64,000 bases of DNA, taken from IMG/VR virus record IMGVR_UViG_3300021964_008599, positions 2,680-66,679 of that record, one strand, 5' to 3'. Positions 1 through 12,262 of the stretch are shown piece by piece. Below the pieces are notes generated by a model. That model was not told the DNA's origin. It did not search any database and saw only the letters and a list, made by a program, of their open reading frames with translations. The position numbers and the translations under genes are program-made. The stretch comes from a virus. Position 1 is the stretch's first letter. Every line of letters starts with the position of its first letter.

Positions 1-3000
1 AGGTGCATAGTCAGTTGGGTCATACATACCATTATCAATGGCTTGTTTCATTGATAAGTGTAGGTCGGTCGTTTGCCAATTTGGATTTTCTTCCGCCATC
101 CAATTTACTGCAGTTGATGACCCTGGAACTGCACCCATAATACCAAATAAGTGAACGGTATGGAAAATATGTTCAAATACCTCAGATATTACAGTATCAC
201 CACTTGTGGAACCACTTTGGTACCATACCATGTCATTAACTGCGTGGGTATCTAAGAATTCTTGATATCCTGTATATCCTGATATACCTTCATCGGTTAA
301 CCAATTAGGGTCATAGTCATCTCCACTACCATATCCAACTCTTTGAGCTGTGGGTAATCCTTCGTGTATTGTACCTACATCACCTCTTAATGTTGCCACT
401 AAATTATTTTGATATGATAGGGTAATTCCCGTGGCTGATGGGTCCATTATTAATTGGAATGAACGAGCAACTTTTTTAGAGAACTCATCAGGTACCGCTG
501 CCTGACCACCAACCGCACCAGCAATGACCTCTAACATACCACTAACGTTAATACTTCTATCGAATACTGCCCCATTACTGGTATCTGCAGTTAAAGGTCC
601 TGCGACATAACAACTAAGAAGAGCTGCGGCGGATGTTGTCGGTGTTGGGGTTACCGAAGTCGTGATTGAAGGTGTTACTGTTGATGTAACATCAGGGGTG
701 ACTGATGGGGTGACTGATGGAGTTGGGGTAATGGTCGGTGTTGAACTAGTACTAATAGAAGGTGTAACGGTAGTTGTTACCGATGGAGTTGGTGTTGGTG
801 TTATACTTGGACATGTTATAGTTTCAACACTAATATAAACAATGTCACCAATCACCCATTGTGTTGATGCTGATTGAACTAACTGTATTTGATTATTTCC
901 ATCACCTCTAAAGTAATATCCCGTTCCTTCAGTACCTCCTGTCCATCCTCCGTATGGTAAACCTGCACCTCCGACATCCTCTAACGTTCCGTCATATATC
1001 GCGGTACTACCATTTTGAGAAATCGTCAAACGAACACAATTACCCACAAAAGACGAATAGTAAGAATCTCTATCTACACCATCCTTATCGATTGCATTCC
1101 AATATATTCCATCCATCTGAGGACCATCATTGAATGAGTTTGGATTAGTAGAACCACTAGCTACACCACCGTTACCATTACTAATAATTGTATTACCTGA
1201 AGTTGGAATCTGATATGGTGTTGATACTAAATTATAACCATAACCTGTTGTCGGTACAGGTGATGATGTTACCGAAGGTGTTATTGATGGTGTTATGGTA
1301 TTAGTTGGAGTAACAGTTATTGATGGAGTAGGGGTTACTGTCGATGTAGGTGTATTTGTTGGTGTTGGGGTAGGACATACCCATTGAGATGAAGTGTTAT
1401 TATATAAATTAGTAATTTGTGTTTGTGATAGGGCGGTGTTATAAACCTCAAACGTACCCATTCTACCAACACCATAAGGTTGGCCACTTGTAAAGTTAGT
1501 TTGAGTACCATATGCCAATGCGTAATGTAATTGAGTAGACCCATTATTATATGGTGTTTGTCTGGCAGTTGCAACTGACCCAGCAGGTGAACCATTAACA
1601 TATGCTCTTAAAGTTGTACCATCATAAGTTAAACCTAAGTAATGCCATTGATTTAATGGGGTACTAATAGACGATTGTATTACTGGTGAGGCGGTTGAAC
1701 CAATAGCGTATGGCCACACACTAAAGTAAGCGTTACCTGAAACTATTTGTATCTGAGAATCATACCAACCACTATCAGGAGGAGTTACACTACCTTGTTC
1801 TGAAACAATAACACCATCACCAGTTGGATAGAACCAAGTAAATAATGATATCACTGTTGATGTATTTGCTGGTGATAATTGACTGTTGAGGTCTATATCA
1901 GTTGTAACATAACCATTCGTTCCATTAAATTGTATTGATTGATAACAATCATTAAAAGATGGTGAATTATAAACCGTACCATCAGAATTACCCTCTAAAT
2001 CAAACACTATAGATGACCCACTATACGATGAAGTATCGTTAAAATCATAATACAGTATTCTACTTGAAGGTACATATGTACTTGAGGATGGTGTTACTGT
2101 TATCGTTGGTGTTATGGTATTAGTCGGCGTTATACTTGGAGTAGGAGTAACACTATTAGTTGGTGTTATGGTATTAGTTGGAGTAACAGTTATTGATGGA
2201 GTAGGTGTTATTGTCGATGTAGGAGTATTTGTAGGTGTTGGTGTAGGTGTTGGTAATGGACCTGTAGACATCAATAAATAATCACCATCATTTGTAATTA
2301 TATTATTTCCTAAATTATCCACTAATAAATTTTGTTGTGGTGGAGTGGCAGAAGGTGTCGGTGTTATTGTACTTGTCGGGGTTGGTGTTGGTGTTGGACA
2401 ACCAACATTTATAGACCATTTACCTGATAAATAATTTTCAACAACTGTTAATTCACTAACGGTTAATGCTCGACTATATACTAAAACATCAAAGATAAAT
2501 CCATTATAGTAATATTGTTCAACACCTGAAACGGCATTTGAGTATGAAACACCCATAAATACATAATCCGTTAAGGATGATGTTGTGGCACTTATTGGTG
2601 AATTAAATGATAATGTTTGCTCACAACTATCAATTCTAAATTTAAGTCTGTCAGAATTATTAGTCCCCGAACCACTAAACACAGTTGTTAAAATATGTGT
2701 ATTACCATCAACACCACCACCAGTGGCACTACCAAATGCCGTTCTAATGTCATATGTACCACCACTCTGTCTTATAAAGACTTCGTCTAATCCTGTATTA
2801 CCGTCTTCACCACCTTGTATGTATTGACCTGTCGATGAAGGACTTAATGATTTTGCAACAACAATAATAGTCTGACCTGTAACCGATTGTAAATCAGTTA
2901 GAGGATTAACACTCAGACCGTCAGTGGTACCATTAAAGTATACAGCACCTAAACCATTCTGAACATTTGACCACCATTCAGGTGCAGGTCCACTACCACC

Positions 3001-4713
3001 ACCTATTGGGTTAGCATTATGAGCATTAGCAGATGAATCTTCCCATTGAGTAAACGTGTCCCCACTTGTCGGTGTTGGTGTAAAGTAAGATGATAAATCA
3101 CCTTGATAGTAAATTTCAAGTGTCGGGTCATTGATAGGTATTGGCGGTGTCGATGAAGGTGTAGGTGTGATTGTTACCGATGGAGTAATTGAAACACTTG
3201 GAGTAACTGAAGAAGTAGGTGTAATAGAATTAGTCGGTGTAATAGTTACTGAAGATGTGGGAGTAATAGACACACTAGGAGTTATTGAACTAGTTGGAGT
3301 TATCGTAACTGAAGGAGTAATTGATGGTGTAGGTGTTACTGAACTCGTAGGGGTAATAGAAGTGGTTGGCGTTATCGTAACTGAAGGAGTAATAGAACTA
3401 GTTGGTGTTATTGTTACTGAAGGTGTTACTGAAGGAGTAGGTGTAATAGAACTAGTTGGAGTTATCGTAACTGAAGGAGTAATTGATGGTGTAGGTGTAA
3501 TAGAAATAGTTGGTGTGTTAGTTGGGGTTGGTGTTGGTTGTGGTGGTGCTGGAGTTGGATTACAAATACAATTACCATTTGTGTATGCACCACCTCCACA
3601 ACTTGGGTTTGTATTAACAACACTTAGTGCACAAATTGTGGCACTATCGTATATTCCGACAGTAATCTCCTGATTAAGACCATCGCAATCGACATATGTA
3701 AATGTTGTGCCTGTTGCACAATCCATACCACCATATAAACTCCAAGTATCACAACATGGTGTTGTTGGTGTAACGGATGGTGTCGGTGTAGGCGTTACAG
3801 TTTGTGTTGGAGTTATACTACTTGTCGGTGTAATTGATAATGTAGGTGTAATTGAACTCGTAGGTGTAATACTTGAAGTTGGCGTAATTGATGGTGTTGG
3901 TGTAGTTGACGGTGTTGTACTTACACTTACACCCGCGGTTACTGACGGAGTAGGTGTTACCGTAACACTTGGTGTAACAGACGGTGTTGAAGTAATTGTT
4001 ATACTTGGAGTCGGCGTAATAGTTACTGAAGGTGTAATTGAAGAACTAGGTGTTATACTTGGTGATGGAGTAATTGAAACACTTGGAGTAACTGAAGAAG
4101 TAGGTGTAATAGTTACTGAAGGTGTAACTGAAGATGTGGGTGTAATAGACACACTAGGAGTTACTGATGAAGTGGGTGTTGGGGTAGAATATAGTGTGTT
4201 TGATGGTGTCGGTGTTATAGTGTTTGTGGGTGTAATAGATGGGGTTACAGTTACCGATGGAGTTACTGACGGAGTTACTGAAGGTATAGGGGTTTCTGAA
4301 GGTAAAATTACATCACTATTACCTCTATTTGGTCTACAACATAAATCAGGGATACTTATCGAATCTCTAACGTTTATAAATAATTTTTTTCTTAATGGTA
4401 ATGTAATTTCTCCTTGTTCGTTAGAAATTTTAAACTCAGCGATATAACGACCAGGATTACGGGTTTCATGAGATGTTAATTGATAATAAACATAATACTC
4501 AACTTCAGGACTATCACCTGTAGCCTCTTTTACCATAGTTCTTGCTGCTTTATTTACAACATAGTACCTATTGGTTTCCTCATTCCACATACTAAAAGTA
4601 ATAGTCGAGGTGCTCGTTAAGTTATCAAACTCACGAAAATCAACTCTTCCATCTTTTACTACCTGTACCTTTATAATTGGTAGTGTACTATTTTTCCTTA
4701 TAAAAAACTCCAT
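1..4713 (-). CDS. Giant virion-associated adhesin/fibre-like protein (>1571 aa, runs off left edge): N-terminal attachment domain, Pro/Thr/Ser repeat linkers, LamG/concanavalin-like domains, zincin-like region
   Basis: Not in the ORF track because there is no stop in the window. ATG at 4713 overlaps the upstream TAA (TAATG). Translates [23 protein letters not shown]..., then many TPTPSITPT repeats, LamG signature [20 protein letters not shown] (~1590-1650) and [11 protein letters not shown] (151-183), in the same frame as positions 1-3. Confidence 0.85.
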   Translation of the reverse strand, partial: MEFFIRKNSTLPIIKVQVVKDGRVDFREFDNLTSTSTITFSMWNEETNRYYVVNKAARTMVKEATGDSPEVEYYVYYQLTSHETRNPGRYIAEFKISNEQGEITLPLRKKLFINVRDSISIPDLCCRPNRGNSDVILPSETPIPSVTPSVTPSVTVTPSITPTNTITPTPSNTLYSTPTPTSSVTPSVSITPTSSVTPSVTITPTSSVTPSVSITPSPSITPSSSITPSVTITPTPSITITSTPSVTPSVTVTPTPSVTAGVSVSTTPSTTPTPSITPTSSITPTSSITPTLSITPTSSITPTQTVTPTPTPSVTPTTPCCDTWSLYGGMDCATGTTFTYVDCDGLNQEITVGIYDSATICALSVVNTNPSCGGGAYTNGNCICNPTPAPPQPTPTPTNTPTISITPTPSITPSVTITPTSSITPTPSVTPSVTITPTSSITPSVTITPTTSITPTSSVTPTPSITPSVTITPTSSITPSVSITPTSSVTITPTNSITPTSSVTPSVSITPSVTITPTPSSTPPIPINDPTLEIYYQGDLSSYFTPTPTSGDTFTQWEDSSANAHNANPIGGGSGPAPEWWSNVQNGLGAVYFNGTTDGLSVNPLTDLQSVTGQTIIVVAKSLSPSSTGQYIQGGEDGNTGLDEVFIRQSGGTYDIRTAFGSATGGGVDGNTHILTTVFSGSGTNNSDRLKFRIDSCEQTLSFNSPISATTSSLTDYVFMGVSYSNAVSGVEQYYYNGFIFDVLVYSRALTVSELTVVENYLSGKWSINVGCPTPTPTPTSTITPTPSATPPQQNLLVDNLGNNIITNDGDYLLMSTGPLPTPTPTPTNTPTSTITPTPSITVTPTNTITPTNSVTPTPSITPTNTITPTITVTPSSSTYVPSSRILYYDFNDTSSYSGSSIVFDLEGNSDGTVYNSPSFNDCYQSIQFNGTNGYVTTDIDLNSQLSPANTSTVISLFTWFYPTGDGVIVSEQGSVTPPDSGWYDSQIQIVSGNAYFSVWPYAIGSTASPVIQSSISTPLNQWHYLGLTYDGTTLRAYVNGSPAGSVATARQTPYNNGSTQLHYALAYGTQTNFTSGQPYGVGRMGTFEVYNTALSQTQITNLYNNTSSQWVCPTPTPTNTPTSTVTPTPSITVTPTNTITPSITPSVTSSPVPTTGYGYNLVSTPYQIPTSGNTIISNGNGGVASGSTNPNSFNDGPQMDGIYWNAIDKDGVDRDSYYSSFVGNCVRLTISQNGSTAIYDGTLEDVGGAGLPYGGWTGGTEGTGYYFRGDGNNQIQLVQSASTQWVIGDIVYISVETITCPSITPTPTPSVTTTVTPSISTSSTPTITPTPSVTPSVTPDVTSTVTPSITTSVTPTPTTSAAALLSCYVAGPLTADTSNGAVFDRSINVSGMLEVIAGAVGGQAAVPDEFSKKVARSFQLIMDPSATGITLSYQNNLVATLRGDVGTIHEGLPTAQRVGYGSGDDYDPNWLTDEGISGYTGYQEFLDTHAVNDMVWYQSGSTSGDTVISEVFEHIFHTVHLFGIMGAVPGSSTAVNWMAEENPNWQTTDLHLSMKQAIDNGMYDPTDYAP
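3140..4300 (-). repeat. Degenerate tandem repeats encoding Pro/Thr/Ser-rich mucin-like linkers ([11 protein letters not shown]); shorter tracts at ~630-810, 1250-1375, 2085-2255 and 2340-2400
   Basis: Recurrent ggtgtaat/ggagttac/gaaggt units on the + strand, e.g. gaactagttggagttatcgtaactgaaggagtaattgatggtgtaggtgt occurs twice. Confidence 0.9.
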
Positions 4714-6785
4714 TACGTAATTATATCAAAATTAGGGTTACAATCAGGTTCTGAAATATTAAAACCAAAATCACAAGTTATTTCATTGGATACAAAATCA
4801 AAGTTACATGCAGCCTCTTCAATATTAAAGTTAAAGAAACAACCCAATAAACATGGGTAACAATTTGAACACCAAAAATCATATAAATCAAATTTACCTT
4901 TTAGGATTCTTGCATTGTGTTGTATCTGTGGTGTACTTAAAGGTTCGGTATACATCCTAAATTGAGATATACCACCCATGAATGTCCCTCCAAAATTTGG
5001 TTCCAATAAAATATCGGTAGTTAATCCTGAAAGTGAAGTTCCTGATAAAACCTCATTCGGCATTGATTCAGGGTCTTGAATATATGGACCTTCAGTTGCA
5101 CTACAACCACTAAACATTAAACTTTCTCTAAGACCTTGTGTTCCTCCACCCCAACTAACATTAAAAGGGACCCCTAACTGCTTTTCTTTTTGAGTGTTTA
5201 ACTCACGAGGTATAATTTCTTCAAAGTCTTCAATAACCATAAAGAGATAACCATTAACATATAATTTTAACAATCCTTTTCTCTTATCTCTTTCTCTTAA
5301 CCATTTACGGTTAAGTTCGGTAATGTTTGTTAATTTTTCCTTTGTAGAACCTGGATGTGTTTGTGGTGGCATAATTAGATTCGGTGAAGCACCATTAATT
5401 GATGACGGATATAACAGTTCTCGTATATCACCTAACCCACCCCAATTAATTAAATCACAATCTTCAAGGGTCTCATATCTTTCAAAAACTGCTGATATGG
5501 TTACCCACCTTTCTTCTGTGTTTGCTGTTAAACACACTAAACTATCATAACCACAATCGCCATATATACCTCTTACTGAACATATTTCATTCACACAATA
5601 CCCTGACGAGTATGTTAATCCTGTGGTACCACAACTACCCGTTGTAACACAATCACCTGTTAATTTTATGTATTTAACACAAAGGTGTGGATTTTTAGGG
5701 TCACCACTTAACCTAATCGCCATCGCATTTGAAAACACATCTTTACCTGGGTCTACAGGTGGATTGGTAACTTTACTGTTGTAACTATTACAATTACCAA
5801 TATTATGTTGAACTGTTGTAGCTGTTGTAGGAAATACATTAAAACAATTTGAATTGGTTACTCCTGTGTCTGAACATGCACAAGTTTTAATACAATTAGT
5901 TAAACCTGATGTCACTCTATCATAAGTCCAACCTGTTACTTCACCAATCACATCAATACCAAAATCACATTTAAATGTGTTAATACTTTGTACATCACCT
6001 GATGCGGGATGGTAATACTTATTTTCAGCCCTCGCACCAAAGAAAAAGAACATACCTGAATTATCAGGATATACATCATTCAAATAAACCTCAGAAGGTT
6101 GAATTTCATACTCTTCCCTTTGTCTAGGTTTTATGACAGTTTCCATGGTCCATCCTTTATTCACTCTTTCAGGAAAAACTTCATAATCGTACCCATATAA
6201 TTTGTAGAACCCTTGATAGAATCCTCCGTACAATTCGTTATAGTAACCTACATTGTCATCATTTTTTGAAACAATATTGTATATCGTTTTTGAATTCCCT
6301 GAAAACCTATGGTTAGGGTAATCGGCATATGACGTAACTGGATGAAATTTCATTCTCCTATCGTAGTAGTGAGGGTTAAATTTTTCAAAGTCATTAATAC
6401 CCATAGTAAATGTAATGGATTCACCCGTCATTTTGTTGTATAAACCGTTGTCAGTAGCGGTAAGACCTATATCACATAATGTAGTTGCCGTATAACAACT
6501 TAAGTCGTCATTATTTGGGTTATAATAATTTTTTGATACTAAGGTGTTACCAGTGTAATTGACATTCCATAATAAATCTAATTTTTGATTAGATAAGTAA
6601 GAATTTAAGTCGACATTAACAGGTAATCTGTTACCGTCATTAACCGCAATAATATTTGTTGAGAATACAACTTCTTCATCATAGTCTCTTTCATCTGACG
6701 CTAATGTAAGGTCAAAATAACTACTATAATCTAGCTTAATGTCGTATCTGTTAAAATAATAATTATTGATATTCTGACTCGGCAT
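4713..6785 (-). CDS. Putative virion structural protein, Cys-rich, with a LamG-like split domain
   Basis: 690 aa ORF; LKLYVNG and [23 protein letters not shown] are LamG-like; coupled to the giant repeat gene; TATTTAT motif upstream. Confidence 0.6.
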   Translation of the reverse strand: MPSQNINNYYFNRYDIKLDYSSYFDLTLASDERDYDEEVVFSTNIIAVNDGNRLPVNVDLNSYLSNQKLDLLWNVNYTGNTLVSKNYYNPNNDDLSCYTATTLCDIGLTATDNGLYNKMTGESITFTMGINDFEKFNPHYYDRRMKFHPVTSYADYPNHRFSGNSKTIYNIVSKNDDNVGYYNELYGGFYQGFYKLYGYDYEVFPERVNKGWTMETVIKPRQREEYEIQPSEVYLNDVYPDNSGMFFFFGARAENKYYHPASGDVQSINTFKCDFGIDVIGEVTGWTYDRVTSGLTNCIKTCACSDTGVTNSNCFNVFPTTATTVQHNIGNCNSYNSKVTNPPVDPGKDVFSNAMAIRLSGDPKNPHLCVKYIKLTGDCVTTGSCGTTGLTYSSGYCVNEICSVRGIYGDCGYDSLVCLTANTEERWVTISAVFERYETLEDCDLINWGGLGDIRELLYPSSINGASPNLIMPPQTHPGSTKEKLTNITELNRKWLRERDKRKGLLKLYVNGYLFMVIEDFEEIIPRELNTQKEKQLGVPFNVSWGGGTQGLRESLMFSGCSATEGPYIQDPESMPNEVLSGTSLSGLTTDILLEPNFGGTFMGGISQFRMYTEPLSTPQIQHNARILKGKFDLYDFWCSNCYPCLLGCFFNFNIEEAACNFDFVSNEITCDFGFNISEPDCNPNFDIIT

Positions 6786-6840
6786 ACTTGTTTTTATAGA
6801 TAAATACTTTGTTTGCAGTATTTATAGTAAAAAAGAATCT

Positions 6841-7593
6841 ATGAAGTCATATCTTTATAAAACAGAAGAGGGTGCAAAGAACGCAACAAAAGAGTTGGGT
6901 TGTAAAGGTTTTCACAAACACAAAAGGAAAACTTTTATGCCCTGTGATTCACATGAAGTATTTTTGAAAAAAACAAAAAAAGAAACACCTGAAGGTGAGT
7001 TGGATGAACTAATCGACTACGATGGTACAATGTTAAACTCTAAAGTTCCTATTTTGGACCCTAAAGTAACTGCTAAGGGTGACGAGACTATGGATAAAAC
7101 AGTGGCCATGACTCGTATCACTCAAGACCCACTTATGAGAGGTTATCGAGTATATTATGGAGAAGGTGTTGAACCTAAGTTTATTTCTGAAGAAGATATG
7201 GAAGACGCTTTTGGATTTGAAGAAACAAAGTATATGGATGCCGAAGAAACTATCGAATACTTTATGGACCAATTAGGGTTTGAAGAAATCGATGCCGAAG
7301 GTAGAGCAGAAGAAATGGGTAAGGACCCTGAATTAGATGAAACATCACCCTACAAAAAGAAAAAGAATTTTGTCGGTAAGTTAAGGTTAACAGAAAAAGG
7401 TAGAGAACTTAGTAAAGAACAAATATTAAAAATGGCTGAAGATTCTTTAGTATTGAAGTCAGACGATAAAGATTTAAAAACTGAAAAAGATGTTTCACCT
7501 ATTTTACAAAGAAACATTAAAGCATTAAAAAAATTGGCGGTTATGGACGGTGTGTCCACAAACGAATTAATTAAAATGTTAAAAAATGAATAA
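6841..7593 (+). CDS. Hypothetical phage protein (late)
   Basis: 250 aa ORF; N-terminal GCKGFHKH..FMPC microdomain; TATTTAT motif upstream. Confidence 0.75.
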   Translation: MKSYLYKTEEGAKNATKELGCKGFHKHKRKTFMPCDSHEVFLKKTKKETPEGELDELIDYDGTMLNSKVPILDPKVTAKGDETMDKTVAMTRITQDPLMRGYRVYYGEGVEPKFISEEDMEDAFGFEETKYMDAEETIEYFMDQLGFEEIDAEGRAEEMGKDPELDETSPYKKKKNFVGKLRLTEKGRELSKEQILKMAEDSLVLKSDDKDLKTEKDVSPILQRNIKALKKLAVMDGVSTNELIKMLKNE

Positions 7594-8050
7594 AGACCTT
7601 TACGATAAAAAAGTAAAATTACCTGAATCATTAAAAAACCATTTATCAAAAAGTTTTGAAATGGTTGAAGCTGACAGTAATGTTGAGGGTTACAATCGTA
7701 ATAAAGAATTACGTGAAAAAGGTATTATGACTTATCAACAGTTAAAAAGAGTTAAAAATTGGTTTGATAGTTATGATGGTAATAAAGAAGATACACCCTT
7801 TATTTTAAATGGGGGTGATAGAATGCAAAAATGGTGTGGTCACGTATTAAACCATTGGAGAGATTCTTTAGAAAGTGGTAAGAAAGTAAAAATGGATACA
7901 GGTATGGATAACCAATACATCGATAACCATACAAAAGATGGTATTGTTGTTAATCCAGGTGATAAACACGAAAAAGGTATTAACAAATACGACACAGCCG
8001 TAACGGAACAAATTAAACAAATAAACTCAATAATGAAAACATTACTATAA
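7586..8050 (+). CDS. Hypothetical phage protein
   Basis: 154 aa ORF overlapping its neighbours in an operon; C-terminal VTEQIKQINSIMK. Confidence 0.75.
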   Translation: MNKDLYDKKVKLPESLKNHLSKSFEMVEADSNVEGYNRNKELREKGIMTYQQLKRVKNWFDSYDGNKEDTPFILNGGDRMQKWCGHVLNHWRDSLESGKKVKMDTGMDNQYIDNHTKDGIVVNPGDKHEKGINKYDTAVTEQIKQINSIMKTLL

Positions 8051-8343
8051 TGGCAACTCAAAACGACAAATTACAATTTGACCAACCAGCAAACAGATTA
8101 TCTGATATTGCTGAAGCAGAAAGAGGAAAATTATTCCCAAAAAATGATTTTTCACCTAAGTCTGATTCATACTCACCACAACACCCTGACGCAATGGCTG
8201 ACGGTGACGAGTTAGGTAGAGGTACTGCAAAATTTTTAGATGTTTACAACGAAAACGCAGGAACTTCAACAGATATTCAAGAAAGAATAGGTGATATCAA
8301 AATTAATAAATTTAATTCAAAGAATACCTACCCTAATTTCTAA
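8050..8343 (+). CDS. Hypothetical phage protein
   Basis: 97 aa ORF, TAATG-coupled on both sides. Confidence 0.75.
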   Translation: MATQNDKLQFDQPANRLSDIAEAERGKLFPKNDFSPKSDSYSPQHPDAMADGDELGRGTAKFLDVYNENAGTSTDIQERIGDIKINKFNSKNTYPNF

Positions 8344-8741
8344 TGAAACTTTTAGAAACATTCAAAGGACTCATCAATGAGGTTGCATCCCTTAACGATA
8401 TTCAAAAATCGATAAGGGATAAGAATGTTACTATTATATATTATGACGGGGACAACCCTGGAGGTACAGGTGTGAGAGAAATTGAACCTGTTTGTGTAGG
8501 ATACAGTAAAGCAGGAAACTTGGTTTTAAGGGCTTGGGACCGTGAAGGTGCGTCCCATACTGCGACAATCGGAGAGAAACCTCTACCAGGGTGGAGACTA
8601 TTCAGAGTGGATAAAATCTTTACTTATAAACCAACATTAGATAATTTTACACAAGAACAACCAGGTTACAACCCTAACGGTGATAAAAGTATGACGAGAG
8701 TTATTCTAAACGCACAATTTAATACAGAAGAGAATGAGTGA
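8343..8741 (+). CDS. WYL-domain protein
   Basis: IIYY...REIEPVCVG...LRAW...WRLFRVDKI matches the WYL fold pattern. Confidence 0.75.
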   Translation: MKLLETFKGLINEVASLNDIQKSIRDKNVTIIYYDGDNPGGTGVREIEPVCVGYSKAGNLVLRAWDREGASHTATIGEKPLPGWRLFRVDKIFTYKPTLDNFTQEQPGYNPNGDKSMTRVILNAQFNTEENE

Positions 8742-9318
8742 TTTAATGCAAAAATTAGCGATATCTAAACAAATAATGGACAAACACAATCAAGTACCTA
8801 GAGGCTCGGCTTCAGGTAACTTACCGATGAGTGAAAATGTAAACGCAACATATAATATACCGAATGAGGTATTACAAGAATCTGTACCACAACAACCAGT
8901 GGTTAAACAATCAGTACAGATAAACCAACCCGCAACTGCCGATGCTATTAAAAATTCTAAATTACCTGATGAAATTAAACAACTGATGATTGAAAATCCA
9001 ATATCACAACCACAAATGGCTGGACCTGTTTTATCAGATGATATTATTGAGGGAGCATCAAGACTTATGAATTCTTCACCTAAACAACAGGTTATTGAGT
9101 CCACACCAAATACCGTATCAACACCTAACAATAGTGATTTAAAACAAATGATTAGAGATGTTGTTCGTGATACAGTGAGAGATGTAGTAAAAGAAGAATT
9201 ACAAAATGCTGGTTTATTATCTGAATCATCACAAAAAGCAAATGAAATGCTATCCTTAAGAGTGGGTAAACATATCTTTGAAGGTAAGGTGTTGAAGATT
9301 AAAAAAGTAAAACAGTAA
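8734..9318 (+). CDS. Hypothetical phage protein
   Basis: 194 aa ORF in the operon. Confidence 0.75.
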   Translation: MSDLMQKLAISKQIMDKHNQVPRGSASGNLPMSENVNATYNIPNEVLQESVPQQPVVKQSVQINQPATADAIKNSKLPDEIKQLMIENPISQPQMAGPVLSDDIIEGASRLMNSSPKQQVIESTPNTVSTPNNSDLKQMIRDVVRDTVRDVVKEELQNAGLLSESSQKANEMLSLRVGKHIFEGKVLKIKKVKQ

Positions 9319-9373
9319 TCATCACTTTTCTTATTCCTTAAGTTTTATTATACTTTGTCTAAAAGTAATATAT

Positions 9374-10582
9374 ATGGCAAAGATAAGAGTACTCGTGTTA
9401 CCCTCTGACAGAACAGGGGTAGGTAAGTTCCGTTCTGTGGAACCACACATTTTCCTACAAAACAAATATCCTGAAGATTTTCATGTGGATATTGACTACG
9501 AACCAAAAATTAATGATGATAACTATTGGAAAAACTACGACATAGTACACTTCCATAGAACAATTACCAAAGATTATGTAAACACTCCAAAATTAATCGA
9601 GAAGTTACATAAGATGGGTATTGTAACCATTGCAGATATCGATGACTATTGGTTACCAACAAGAGAACATCCTGCACATGCAATGATTATGAATAACAAA
9701 CTCCATGAAAAAATCATAGATAATTTACGTGCAGCACAATACGTAACAACCACAACAAAAATATTTGCACAGGAAATAAAAAAACTAAATAAAAATGTTT
9801 TTGTCCTACCAAATTCAATCAACCCTAAAGAACCACAGTTCATGGAAAAGACTTTACCTTCAGATAAATTGAGATTTGGATGGTTGGGTGGTTCATCACA
9901 CTTGCACGACTTAAAATTATTGGAGGGTAACTTCTCTAAGATTTCTAATCTAAAAGACCAATACGATTTATATTTATGTGGTTTCGATGTTCGTGGCACT
10001 GTCACAGAAATTGACCAACGAACAGGACAACAAAAACAAAGACCTATCAAACCTGAAGAAACGGTATGGGCTGCGTATGAAAAGATTTTTACCGACAACT
10101 ATAAGTTTGTCTCTGAAGATTACAAAAAATATCTTTTGAATTATAAACCTGAGTCTTATGACGATGAAAACTTTTATCATAGAGTTTGGACTTTACCTGT
10201 AACGTCATACGCAAAAAACTACTCAAAGTTTGATGTTTCATTGGCACCTATTAAGAATCACATTTTTAATAGAATGAAATCACAACTTAAGGTTATTGAA
10301 GCAGGGTTTTATAAAAAGGCAATTATTGCATCAGAAGTGGGTCCTTACACTATCGACTTGAAACATTCACTTGAAAATGGTAATTTTGTGGACGGTAACT
10401 CTCTTTTGGTTAAGGAACACAGAAACCACGGTGATTGGTCTAAGTTTATGAAAAAACTGATTCAAAACCCTTCATGGGCCGAAGACTTAGGTGAGAGACT
10501 ATACGAGACAGTAAAAGACACATATGATTTAAATAACGTAACAGATACAAGAGCACAAATTTATAAATCTTTAGTACAATGA
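9374..10582 (+). CDS. Glycosyltransferase (GT-B/GT4-like)
   Basis: DIDDYW, GWLGGSSHLHDL, DVSLAPI..FNRMKSQLKVIEAG, IIASEVGPY motifs. Confidence 0.85.
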   Translation: MAKIRVLVLPSDRTGVGKFRSVEPHIFLQNKYPEDFHVDIDYEPKINDDNYWKNYDIVHFHRTITKDYVNTPKLIEKLHKMGIVTIADIDDYWLPTREHPAHAMIMNNKLHEKIIDNLRAAQYVTTTTKIFAQEIKKLNKNVFVLPNSINPKEPQFMEKTLPSDKLRFGWLGGSSHLHDLKLLEGNFSKISNLKDQYDLYLCGFDVRGTVTEIDQRTGQQKQRPIKPEETVWAAYEKIFTDNYKFVSEDYKKYLLNYKPESYDDENFYHRVWTLPVTSYAKNYSKFDVSLAPIKNHIFNRMKSQLKVIEAGFYKKAIIASEVGPYTIDLKHSLENGNFVDGNSLLVKEHRNHGDWSKFMKKLIQNPSWAEDLGERLYETVKDTYDLNNVTDTRAQIYKSLVQ

Positions 10583-11280
10583 TAGATATACCCTTAAATA
10601 AACTTTTATTTTTTGATTTGGAAACTGTTGGTATTGAAAAAGACTTACCAACACTTAAAAAGAACAGACCTGAACTTGCAAGACTATTTGAAAGTTATTT
10701 GGACTGGTTTGTTAAGAAATATCCTGACCAAGAAGGTAAGTCACCTGAAGAAATTTTTGTTAACAAAGCCGCGTTAGTTGCTGAATTTTCAAAAATTATT
10801 GTAGCATCATTTTCATTTATCACACCAAAAAATGATATTCATACACAAACCATTGCGGAAGATGATGAAAGAGAATTACTACTACAGGTTAGAGATTTAT
10901 TAAGAAAGGTTGAAAAATTAGATTTTTATTTATGTGGTCACAATATAAAATTCTTCGATATACCGACATTAGGTAAGAGATTTTTATCTCATAGAATACT
11001 ACCACCAAAAATATTACCGAGTTATGAAACAAAACCGTGGGAAATAAAAGCGGTGGACACCAAAGAGGTGTGGCAGTTCGGTAACAATTTTGGTATCTCA
11101 TCATTGGACCTAATGTGTGTTTCTATGGGTGTTGATAGTCCAAAGACGGGTGAAGTATCAGGAAACTTAGTACACGACACCTATTGGAATGCAAATGGAT
11201 TAACACCTATCGCTGACTATTGTGAGAAAGATGTTTCCGTTTTGGTTGAATTAATGAAGAAAATTTATAATTTAAAATAA
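10579..11280 (+). CDS. 3'-5' exonuclease, PolB/DnaQ-like
   Basis: FFDLET (ExoI), GHNIKFFDIP (ExoII), YCEKDV (ExoIII). Confidence 0.9.
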   Translation: MIDIPLNKLLFFDLETVGIEKDLPTLKKNRPELARLFESYLDWFVKKYPDQEGKSPEEIFVNKAALVAEFSKIIVASFSFITPKNDIHTQTIAEDDERELLLQVRDLLRKVEKLDFYLCGHNIKFFDIPTLGKRFLSHRILPPKILPSYETKPWEIKAVDTKEVWQFGNNFGISSLDLMCVSMGVDSPKTGEVSGNLVHDTYWNANGLTPIADYCEKDVSVLVELMKKIYNLK

Positions 11281-11283
11281 GAT

Positions 11284-11883
11284 ATGTTTAACAAGTTTAA
11301 AAATTTAAAAGATAGTTTTTCACAATTAAGTGAACTACAAGAGAGTTTAAAAAATATGGATTCTACTGACCCTCAATCATTTTTGAATTCAATGGGAATT
11401 GATTATGAAGAATTGGAGAAAGGGTTTAATTCAGAATATTATAAAACACCTGAAATTGAATATGTTTATAAATCTGTAAATCCTGAACCTAAGTACCACT
11501 ATGGTAGTGATTCAGGTTTTGATTTAAGAGCAAATGAAAAGGTAACATTAAAACCTTTTGAACGTGCAATGGTACCCACAGGGTTACACATTAACGTACC
11601 CACAAGACACGAAGTACAAGTTAGACCCAAAAGTGGGTTAGCGTTTAAAAAAGGTCTTACAGTCCTTAATACACCAGGAACTGTCGATGAAGGATATACA
11701 GGTGAGATTAAAGTCATCTTAATAAACCTAAGTCAAGAAACTCAGGTAATTGAATTTGGTGATAAGATAGCACAAGCGGTTATTTGTCCTGTAGTACAAG
11801 GAAGAGATGTTATTCTCAAAAGGGTACAAGAAATAAAAGATAAAGACCGAAATGAAAATGGATTTGGTTCAACAGGAAACTAA
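11284..11883 (+). CDS. dut: dUTPase with N-terminal extension
   Basis: SGFDLRA, RPKSGLA, GTVDEGYTGEI, IAQ, RNENGFGSTG motifs. Confidence 0.95.
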   Translation: MFNKFKNLKDSFSQLSELQESLKNMDSTDPQSFLNSMGIDYEELEKGFNSEYYKTPEIEYVYKSVNPEPKYHYGSDSGFDLRANEKVTLKPFERAMVPTGLHINVPTRHEVQVRPKSGLAFKKGLTVLNTPGTVDEGYTGEIKVILINLSQETQVIEFGDKIAQAVICPVVQGRDVILKRVQEIKDKDRNENGFGSTGN

Positions 11884-12262
11884 TACAAGTCCTGTTTTAC
11901 CAAACGGGAGAAAAAATTACTTAATAGACATTGACGGTACAATAACTGATGATGTACCAAATGAAGAACCTAATAGAATGGAAAGTTGTCTTCCGTACAC
12001 GGGGTCCGTTGACATTATAAACGGATGGTATGATGAAGGTCACATAATTACTTTCTTTACCTCAAGGACTGAAGAACACCGTGAGGTGACAGAAAATTGG
12101 TTCAAAAAACATGGTTTTAAATACCATAATTTATTAATGAATAAACCACGTGGTGGTAACTATCATTGGATAGATAATCATATTGTTAGAGGAACTCGTT
12201 ATAATGGTAAATGGACTCCTTTAACAGAAAAAGAAACCACGATACAAGTATTTGACGATTAA
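11852..12262 (+). CDS. HAD-family phosphatase (capsule-biosynthesis type)
   Basis: DIDGTI, FFTSR, LLMNKP, WID motifs. Confidence 0.8.
   Translation: MKMDLVQQETNTSPVLPNGRKNYLIDIDGTITDDVPNEEPNRMESCLPYTGSVDIINGWYDEGHIITFFTSRTEEHREVTENWFKKHGFKYHNLLMNKPRGGNYHWIDNHIVRGTRYNGKWTPLTEKETTIQVFDD

Noticed and set aside
3140-4300. Repeat tract as a possible CRISPR array
   Set aside because: Repeats are degenerate, codon-phased and lack unique spacers; they encode a protein linker.
3131-4447. Plus-strand Val/Gly-rich ORFs (180 aa and 246 aa) and 2585-2827
   Set aside because: Antisense shadows of the Pro/Thr repeat coding on the minus strand.
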